Positions 57,262 through 64,000 of a DNA stretch of 64,000 nt are shown here, in pieces. Positions within the stretch are counted from its first letter, which is position 1; each line of letters begins with the position of its first letter. Position numbers and translations under genes: made by a program. The notes under the pieces were generated by a model. The model worked only from the letters and a program-made list of their open reading frames with translations. It ran no database searches and was not told the origin of the DNA. This DNA is from an uncultured Solirubrobacterales bacterium (GTDB lineage Bacteria > Actinomycetota > Thermoleophilia > Solirubrobacterales > Solirubrobacteraceae). The DNA lies in contig CAVVTQ010000002.1 in assembly GCA_963751195.1 (NCBI GenBank), positions 74,423 through 138,422 of the forward strand, given 5' to 3'.

Positions 57262-58437
57262 ATGGCTAAGACCGTGATCCTCGGCGCCGCGCGCACGCCG
57301 ATCGGCAAGATGGGAGGCGGCCTGTCAACGCTGGATGCCACCGAGCTGGGGGCGATCGCGATCGAGGCGGCGCTGGAGCGCGCCGGGGTCGAGCCCGAGC
57401 AGGTCGAGCACGTCGTGATGGGTCAGGTGTTGCAAGCCGGCCAGGGGCAGATCCCTTCGCGCCAGGCGCAGATCAAAGCCGGGATCCCCAAGGAGGTCTC
57501 CTCGGAGACGATCAACAAGGTCTGCGCCTCCGGGCTGCGCGCGACCGTGATGCTCGACCAGGCGATCCGCGCCGGCGACGTGCAGGTTGGGGTCGGCGGC
57601 GGCATGGAGTCGATGTCCCGGGCGCCCTACCTGCTGCCCGGCGCGCGCTTCGGCTTTCGGATGGGCGACGTGAAGGCGCTCGACGCGATGGTGCACGACG
57701 GCCTCACCAACCCATTCTCGGGCAAGCAGATGTTCGTCGAGGCGACCGCGGTCGCCGACGAGCTCGAGATCACCCGCGCCGACCTCGACCGCTGGGCGCT
57801 GCGCTCGCACGAGCTCGCGCTGAAGGCGACCGACGAGGGACGCCTGTCCGAGGAGATCGTGGCGGTCACCGTCAAGGGCAAGAAGGGGGACACCCTCGTC
57901 GAGGTTGACGAGGGCCCGCGCCGTGACACCTCGCTCGAGAAGCTCGCGGCGCTCCCCGGCCTGGTCGGCAAGGAGGGCTCGCACACCGCGGGCAACTCCC
58001 CCGGCGTCAACGACGCCGCCGGCGCGCTGGTGGTCTCCTCCGAGGAGTGGGCCTCCGCCAACGGTCGCGAGGTGCTCGGCGAGATCGTCACCCACGCGCA
58101 GAGCGGCGACGACTTCGCCTACCTCGCTCGCACCCCCGCCTCGGCAGCCACCAAGGCGCTGCAGAAGGCTGGTCTGAGCGCGAAGGACATCGACGTGTGG
58201 GAGATCAACGAGGCCTTCGCCTCGGTCACGCTCAACTCGATCCGGATGCTCGGCATCGACGAGGATCGTGTCAACGTCAACGGCGGCGCGGTCGCGCTCG
58301 GTCACCCGATCGGCGCCTCCGGCGCGCGGATCCTCGGCTCGCTCGTGCTGGAGCTGCGCCGTCGCGGCGGCGGTCTCGGCTGCGCGGCGATCTGCTCCGG
58401 GGGCGGGCAGGGCGACGCGGTGATCATCAAGGTCTAG
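57262..58437 (+). CDS. acetyl-CoA C-acetyltransferase (thiolase)
   Basis: [24 protein letters not shown] and CSGGGQG motifs. Confidence 0.95.
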   Translation: MAKTVILGAARTPIGKMGGGLSTLDATELGAIAIEAALERAGVEPEQVEHVVMGQVLQAGQGQIPSRQAQIKAGIPKEVSSETINKVCASGLRATVMLDQAIRAGDVQVGVGGGMESMSRAPYLLPGARFGFRMGDVKALDAMVHDGLTNPFSGKQMFVEATAVADELEITRADLDRWALRSHELALKATDEGRLSEEIVAVTVKGKKGDTLVEVDEGPRRDTSLEKLAALPGLVGKEGSHTAGNSPGVNDAAGALVVSSEEWASANGREVLGEIVTHAQSGDDFAYLARTPASAATKALQKAGLSAKDIDVWEINEAFASVTLNSIRMLGIDEDRVNVNGGAVALGHPIGASGARILGSLVLELRRRGGGLGCAAICSGGGQGDAVIIKV

Positions 58438-59238
58438 ATGTCCGAGCGCGCCGCGGCGTTCTTCGACCTCGACAGGACGTTGATGGCCGGTTCCTCCGGC
58501 ATCTTCTTCGCGCGCGCGGCCTACGAGGCGGGGATGATTACGCGCCGGCGGCTGCTCAGCGACCTGTGGCAGAACCTACGCTTTCGCCTGCGCGGCTCGA
58601 CCGACGATTGGGCCGACGAGGTGCGCCGGCGAGTCGGCGAGATGCTTGCGGGTGTCGCCGTGCGCGACCTGCAGCGCATGTCTCCGCGGGTGCTCGCCGG
58701 GGTGCTGCCACGCCTGTACCCGCAGATGCTCGAGCGCGCCTACGCCCACCAGGACGCGGGGCGGCCCGTCTACATCGTCACCGCCGCCTCCCAGGAGATG
58801 GCCGACCTGCTCGCCCACGTGCTCGTCTTCGACGGCGGCGTCGGCTCGCGTCTGGAGGTTCGCGACGGTCTCTACACAGGCCGCGCCGCCGGCCCGTTCA
58901 ACTATCGCGAGGGCAAGGTGCTCTCGCTGCGCGAGCTCGCCGCGCGGGACGGCATCGACCTCGCCGCCTCCTTTGCCTACTCCGACTCCGAGTCCGACCT
59001 GCCGATGCTGCGCGCGGTCGGTCATCCGGTGGTGGTCAACCCCGATCCCGAGCTCTCCCGCATCGCCGCCGGCGAGGGCTGGGAGGTCCTGCGCCTCGAC
59101 CGCTTGGGGCGGCGTTTGAAGATCGCGGTGGCGCTCTCCGCCGGGGTCTCGCTCGCCGGGCTTGGCGGGGTCGTGCGGGGGCGTGCGGGAGATCGCGAAC
59201 GGGGGCGTGCAGGCGAGCGCGCGCAGGCGCGGGCATAA
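58438..59238 (+). CDS. HAD-IB family hydrolase
   Basis: [21 protein letters not shown] and VVNPD motifs. Confidence 0.9.
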   Translation: MSERAAAFFDLDRTLMAGSSGIFFARAAYEAGMITRRRLLSDLWQNLRFRLRGSTDDWADEVRRRVGEMLAGVAVRDLQRMSPRVLAGVLPRLYPQMLERAYAHQDAGRPVYIVTAASQEMADLLAHVLVFDGGVGSRLEVRDGLYTGRAAGPFNYREGKVLSLRELAARDGIDLAASFAYSDSESDLPMLRAVGHPVVVNPDPELSRIAAGEGWEVLRLDRLGRRLKIAVALSAGVSLAGLGGVVRGRAGDRERGRAGERAQARA

Positions 59239-59318
59239 TCCCCGATGCCAGCTTCGATCTTGGGCCGGTGGCGCGCCGGCTTGCGCCTCTGACCGCCACC
59301 TGCCACCCCTCTCTCACG

Positions 59319-59732
59319 ATGTCCTCCACCCCCACCCACGGCAAGATTCGCGTCGTCGTCGCCAAGCCCGGCCTCGACGGGCACGATCGCGGCGCCAAGA
59401 TCATTGCGCGTGCTTTGCGCGACGCCGGCATGGAGGTCATCTACACCGGTCTGCACCAAACGCCCGAGCAGATCGTCGAGACCGTGATCCAGGAGGACGC
59501 CGACGCTGTGGGGCTCTCGATCCTCTCCGGGGCCCACATGACGCTGGTGCCGCGCGTGGTTGCGCTGCTGCGCGAGCAGGGCGTCGATGACGTGCTCGTG
59601 ACCGTAGGCGGCACGATCCCCGCGGAAGACATCCCGGAGCTCAAGCGCTTGGGGGTCGCGGAGGTCTTCACGCCCGGTGCGCCGACGCAGGCGATCGTTG
59701 ACTTCATCCGCGCCGGCGTTGCGGAGGATTGA
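59319..59732 (+). CDS. cobalamin-binding small subunit of an acyl-CoA (methylmalonyl/isobutyryl-CoA) mutase
   Basis: [22 protein letters not shown] and FTPG motifs. Confidence 0.93.
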   Translation: MSSTPTHGKIRVVVAKPGLDGHDRGAKIIARALRDAGMEVIYTGLHQTPEQIVETVIQEDADAVGLSILSGAHMTLVPRVVALLREQGVDDVLVTVGGTIPAEDIPELKRLGVAEVFTPGAPTQAIVDFIRAGVAED

Positions 59733-59750
59733 TTGACTCGTCAGTCAATC
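59731..59750. promoter_or_regulatory. operator-like palindrome upstream of the etf operon
   Basis: GATTGACT-CGTC-AGTCAATC with perfect 8-bp arms. Confidence 0.55.
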
Positions 59751-59963
59751 GTTTAAAGCGGTAGCATCTGCGAGGGTGGCGCAGGCGCCGACTCAGCCCT
59801 TCGGGCTGTGTGCCCCCGGCGAGCCGGGCCCCTCGTGTTTTCAGAAAAAGGTCCCAGATACCCATGAGGAGATCGACCGTATGAAGATTTGCGTCCAAGC
59901 CACGGCTGGGGGAGGGCGGGCCCTCCCCCAGGGCCCCCTACCCACGAATCGGAGGCAGGTCCG

Positions 59964-60755
59964 ATGAAGATTTGCGTCCTTGTCAAGGAGGTTCCGGACG
60001 CCGCCGTCGAGAAGCGCATCGACCCCTCGACGGGGCGCATGGACCGCAGCGGGGAGAAGAACCTCAACCCCTACGACACCCACGCCATCGAGGCCGCCAT
60101 GCAGATCCGCGAGGGCGGCGTGGCGCCGGTGGAGGAGATCGTGGCCGTCACCATGGGGCCGGAGAGCGCCGTGCGCGCTCTGCACAAGGCCGTCTCGCTC
60201 GGCGCCGACCGCTCGGTGCATCTGACCGACCCCGCGGTCGCCGGCTCCGACGTGGCCGCCACTGGGTACGCGCTCGCCAAGACGCTCGAGCGCGAGAGCC
60301 CCGACCTGGTGCTGCTCGGTCAGCAGTCCGACGACGGCGAGTGCTACACGATCGGCGCCGTTGTCGCCGAGCACCTGGGCATGCCTTCGCTCACACAGGT
60401 GATCAAGATGGACGTCACCGACGGCGCTTTGCGCTGCGAGCGCCAGGCCGAGTACGGCTACGACACCGTGCAGGTCGGCCTGCCCGCTGTGATCTCCGTG
60501 GGCGACGCGATCAACGAGCCGCGCTACCCCTCGCTGAAGGCAATCATGGGCGCCAAGAAGAAGCCGCTCGACACAGTCGGCGTCGGCGACGTCGGGATCG
60601 ACGCCTCGAAAGTCGGGGGTGATAACTCCGCCGCGCAGTGGGTCGCCGCGAAGGCGCCGCCCGCGAAGGCCGCCGGGGAGATCATTGAGGATGAAGACAC
60701 GGGCGAGACGGTCGAAAAGATCGTCGCCTGGCTCGACGAGAGGAAGCTGATCTGA
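59964..60755 (+). CDS. etfB: electron transfer flavoprotein beta subunit
   Basis: VKEVPD, NPYD, GQQSDD and NEPRYPSLKAIM motifs. Confidence 0.95.
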   Translation: MKICVLVKEVPDAAVEKRIDPSTGRMDRSGEKNLNPYDTHAIEAAMQIREGGVAPVEEIVAVTMGPESAVRALHKAVSLGADRSVHLTDPAVAGSDVAATGYALAKTLERESPDLVLLGQQSDDGECYTIGAVVAEHLGMPSLTQVIKMDVTDGALRCERQAEYGYDTVQVGLPAVISVGDAINEPRYPSLKAIMGAKKKPLDTVGVGDVGIDASKVGGDNSAAQWVAAKAPPAKAAGEIIEDEDTGETVEKIVAWLDERKLI

Positions 60756-60769
60756 TGAGCAGCCAGGAG

Positions 60770-60848
60770 ATGTTGTCTTTTGAATCGCCTAGAACCACTT
60801 CACAAAATGAAGGGTTGGGGCTCGAAAAGTTTATGTGCGACACCCCGC
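60770..60848. repeat. AT-rich dispersed element, family B copy 2
   Basis: 22-bp identity with 8720-8741 and similar flanks. Confidence 0.85.
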
Positions 60849-60872
60849 GGCGCTCGGCGGAAAGGAACTGAA

Positions 60873-61853
60873 ATGGCAAACATCCTGGTCTACGCGCTGC
60901 ACTACGAAGGCGCGATCAACAAGAACTCGCTCGGTGCCGTCTCCGAGGGCGCGAAGCTTGCCGCGGAGCTCGGCGGCGAGGCGCACGCGATCCTGCTCGG
61001 CGAGAACGTCCCGCATGAGCTCGCCGCCACGCTCGGCAGGTACGGCGCCAAGAAGGTGCTCGTCGCCGAGGGCCCCGAGGGGCTCGCGCAGCCGCTGGTC
61101 GACGCGATGGCCGCGGCGATCTCCGGCGGCGACTACAAGTACGCGCTGTTCGGCGGCGGCCTGCTCGGCTTCGAGATCGGCGCCGGCCTCGCCGCGCGCC
61201 TCGGCGCCGGCGTCGCGATGGAGGTCACCGGGGTGCGCGCCGAGGGGGGCGAGCTGATCGCCGAGCGCCCGATCCTCGGCGACTCCGCGATCTCCGAGAT
61301 CAAATACCGCTCCCCCGTCGGGATCATCATCGGCCGCCTCAACGCGTTCGAGATCAAGGAGTCCGGCGCTGGCGACGCGCCCGTGGAGCAGCTCTCCTTC
61401 GAGCTCTCGCCCCACGCCTCGCAGGCGAAGATGCTGGTCCGCGGCGAACAGCGCGGCGCCGACGTGGACATCGAGGGCGCCTCGATCCTCGTCGCCGGCG
61501 GGCGCGGCCTCGGCAAGGCCGAGGGCTTTCAGCTCTGCGAAGAGCTTGCCGCGGCGTTCGGCGGCAACACCGCCGTCGCCGCCACACGCGCCGTGGTCGA
61601 CGCCGGCTGGTACCCCTACGCGGCGCAGATCGGCCAGACCGGCAAGACGGTCTCGCCGAAGCTCTACCTCGCCGCCGGCATCTCCGGGGCGATCCAGCAC
61701 AAGGTCGGGATGCAGTCCTCGGAGAACATCGTCGCGATCAATAAGGACTCCAACGCGCCGATCTTCGAGTTCTCCGACCTCGGCATCGTCGGCGACCTCA
61801 ACAAGATCCTGCCGAAGCTGACAGATGCCGTGAAGGCGAAGAAGGCCGGTTAG
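60873..61853 (+). CDS. etfA: electron transfer flavoprotein alpha subunit
   Basis: GGRGLG, QIGQTGK, GISGAIQH and AINKD..APIF motifs. Confidence 0.95.
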   Translation: MANILVYALHYEGAINKNSLGAVSEGAKLAAELGGEAHAILLGENVPHELAATLGRYGAKKVLVAEGPEGLAQPLVDAMAAAISGGDYKYALFGGGLLGFEIGAGLAARLGAGVAMEVTGVRAEGGELIAERPILGDSAISEIKYRSPVGIIIGRLNAFEIKESGAGDAPVEQLSFELSPHASQAKMLVRGEQRGADVDIEGASILVAGGRGLGKAEGFQLCEELAAAFGGNTAVAATRAVVDAGWYPYAAQIGQTGKTVSPKLYLAAGISGAIQHKVGMQSSENIVAINKDSNAPIFEFSDLGIVGDLNKILPKLTDAVKAKKAG

Positions 61854-61904
61854 GCGTGTCGACGCTCACTCTGAGGTGGCCCACTGGGGATGCCTGCGGG
61901 TGAG

Positions 61905-61990
61905 GAGGGTGTGGAGTATGTATTCAATTTTTAAAGCACGTGCGCAATTGCGCACACCTTTTAAAATGTTCATGTATACACCCGCCCCTT
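61905..61990. repeat. AT-rich palindromic element, family A copy 3
   Basis: TTTTAAA..GTGCGCAATTGCGCAC..TTTAAAA; left arm resembles 3903-3952. Confidence 0.75.
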
Positions 61991-62098
61991 CCATCAGCGG
62001 AGGCGATCCCGCGATACGGCTCTTCTTCGATCGCCCAATCAGTCTCAAACGGGAGGGTCTCCATCAACCGAGGCGGTCTCGAACAGGAGGATTGAGCC

Positions 62099-63856
62099 AT
62101 GTCCGGTAATAACGGTTCCCGTAACGGCAAGGTAGTTCCCGCGGCCTACCCGCCGCCGGTCGACTCCAAGAAGGAATTCGTCAAGCGCAGCCTCGACGCC
62201 GAGGACGAGCTGATCGAGGTCGGCGTGGCGATCGTCGGCGGCGGCACCGCGGGCCTCGCCTGCGCCAACCGCCTGCTGCAGCTGCTCGGCGACGATCCCG
62301 AGACGATGGAGCGCCTAGGCGAAGTGCCGGTCGCGGTGGTCGAGAAGGCGAAGACCTGCGGCGGGCACAACCTCTCAGGCGCCGTGATGCGCCCCGGCCC
62401 GCTGCAGGAGCTGTTCCCCGAGCTCACCCGCGAGCAGTGGCGCCAGGAGGGCTTCGCGTTCGGCGAGGTGAAGAAGGAGTCGGTGTACATGCTCACTGGC
62501 CCGAAAACCAAGCTCCCGGTTCCGATCCCGGCGGTGCCGAACTTCAAGAACCACGGCAACGAGGTGGTCTCGGTCTCCGCGATGGCGCGCTACCAGCAGC
62601 GCGTGGCGGAGGAGGCCGGTGCCTACATCCTCACCGAGACCGCGGCGACGCAGCTGATCGTCGAGGACGGCAAGGTCGTCGGCGTGCGCTCAGGCGACAA
62701 GGGCCGCGGCAAGGACGGCGAGCCGCTCGGCAATTTCGAGCCCGGAACTGACATCAAGGCTCAGGCGACCGTGCTCGCGGAGGGCTGCTGGGGTCACCTC
62801 ACCGGCGCCGCGATCAAAGAGTTCGACCTCGCCAAGGGCCGCGAGCCGCAGGTGTGGGAGCTCGGCGTGAAGGAGGTGTGGAAGGTCAAGCAGCCGCTCG
62901 ACCGGGTGATCCACACGTTCGTGCAGCCGTGGCCGCTGAAGGTCGCGGCCAAGTACGGTCAGCTCGGCGGCACCTGGCTGTACCCGATGAAGGACGAGAA
63001 GACGGGCGAGGACCTCGTCTCGATCGGGTTCGTCGTCGACCTCAACTACCGCGACGCCACGACCTCGGCGCACGACCTGCTGCAGACGTTCAAGACGCAT
63101 CCGCTCGTCAAGGGCATCCTCGAGGGCGGCGAGCGCGTTGCCTGGGGCGCCAAGGCGCTCCCGGGCGGCGGCTACTGGTCGATGCCGAAGCTGTCGATGC
63201 CCGGCGCAGTGCTCGTCGGCGACGCCGGCGGGATGGTCGATACCGCGGCGCTGAAGGGCATCCACCACTGCATCAAGTCCGGGATGCTGGCGGCCGAGTC
63301 GATCTACGCGGCGCTCAAGCGCGGCAGCAGCGACCTGTCCGATTACGAGGAGATGGTCGAGAAATCCACGATCGGCACCGAGCTCTACCAGGTGCGCAAC
63401 ACAAGGCAGGCATTCCAGAAGGGCTTCCTCCTCGGCAGCCTGCTGGCGGGCCCGTCGATCATGTCGAAAGGCAAGGTTCCGCCGGGCCGGCAGGCGTGGC
63501 ACCCCGACGACGCCGAGCCGATGTTCGTCGGCAACACCAAGGACTCATACCCGAAGCCCGACGGCAAATACACATTCGACAAGCTCTCCTCGGTGTTCAT
63601 CACCGGCAACGCCACCCGCGACGACGCGCCCAACCACATCCGCATCCAGAAACACGTCCCGCGGGAGATCGCCGAGACCTGGCGCTGGATGTGCCCGGCC
63701 GGGGTCTACGAGATCCCCGACGATGCCCCCGAGCACGGCATCGTGGACGTGACCGTCAACTACACCAACTGCGTGCAGTGCGGTGCGATCACCGCCAAGG
63801 GCGGACGCCTCACCACCCCCGAGGGTGGCGACGGGCCTTTGTACCAGATTCTTTAG
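62099..63856 (+). CDS. ETF:quinone oxidoreductase (FAD + Fe-S)
   Basis: GGGTAG, HNLSGAV, LGVKEVW, KGIH..KSG, YPKPDG..FDKLSSV, CPAGVYE and PEGGDGP motifs. Confidence 0.92.
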   Translation: MSGNNGSRNGKVVPAAYPPPVDSKKEFVKRSLDAEDELIEVGVAIVGGGTAGLACANRLLQLLGDDPETMERLGEVPVAVVEKAKTCGGHNLSGAVMRPGPLQELFPELTREQWRQEGFAFGEVKKESVYMLTGPKTKLPVPIPAVPNFKNHGNEVVSVSAMARYQQRVAEEAGAYILTETAATQLIVEDGKVVGVRSGDKGRGKDGEPLGNFEPGTDIKAQATVLAEGCWGHLTGAAIKEFDLAKGREPQVWELGVKEVWKVKQPLDRVIHTFVQPWPLKVAAKYGQLGGTWLYPMKDEKTGEDLVSIGFVVDLNYRDATTSAHDLLQTFKTHPLVKGILEGGERVAWGAKALPGGGYWSMPKLSMPGAVLVGDAGGMVDTAALKGIHHCIKSGMLAAESIYAALKRGSSDLSDYEEMVEKSTIGTELYQVRNTRQAFQKGFLLGSLLAGPSIMSKGKVPPGRQAWHPDDAEPMFVGNTKDSYPKPDGKYTFDKLSSVFITGNATRDDAPNHIRIQKHVPREIAETWRWMCPAGVYEIPDDAPEHGIVDVTVNYTNCVQCGAITAKGGRLTTPEGGDGPLYQIL

Positions 63857-63897
63857 GTTGGCGAAACCCACACGGTATGGGAGTGTTAGGGGAGGGC

Positions 63898-64000
63898 ATG
63901 CTCTCCACAGCACTGACCACGGCGGCGTTGATCGCGGCGCTCTCGGGTGCCGGCACGACCGGGACGGGCACGGACACTGGCTCCGCGCCGACCCTGAGCG
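63898..64000 (+). CDS. start of a probable secreted protein (truncated by window edge)
   Basis: GGAGG RBS and MLSTALTTAALIAALSG signal-like sequence. Confidence 0.45.
   Translation, partial: MLSTALTTAALIAALSGAGTTGTGTDTGSAPTLS

Noticed and set aside
59770-59850. tRNA or cobalamin riboswitch near the B12-binding gene
   Set aside because: No T-loop or CCA features and no B12-box; kept only as an unassigned structured leader.

Overview
High-GC actinobacterial chromosome segment. Gene content and protein motifs suggest Thermoleophilia/Solirubrobacterales (inference). Core functions: beta-oxidation and ETF genes at both ends, ergothioneine egtB-egtD, a gnd-zwf-opcA-pgl operon with divergent glpX, an RlpA-family gene under a c-di-AMP riboswitch, a SigA-type sigma factor, PilT, a parA-ftsZ pair, methylglucose-lipopolysaccharide-like genes, MeaB and a leucyl aminopeptidase. 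Accessory parts: (i) about 23.3-36.3 kb, a TetR-HTH regulator ahead of four co-oriented uncharacterised secreted proteins (three with polybasic C-terminal tails), two PIN toxin-antitoxin pairs and a replication-relaxation fragment; (ii) 45.8-53.1 kb, PadR, two ABC ATPases, an FtsX-type permease, a DUF2600 (class IB terpene synthase-like) gene and IclR; (iii) an intact IS5-family element. The most striking non-gene signal is that many operon junctions carry short inserts that duplicate a gene start or end and/or encode mini-ORFs coupled to the flanking genes (MIRU-like), some built from dispersed AT-rich palindromic repeats. No tRNA, rRNA or CRISPR array was seen. All family calls come from motif recognition by eye, not from database searches.
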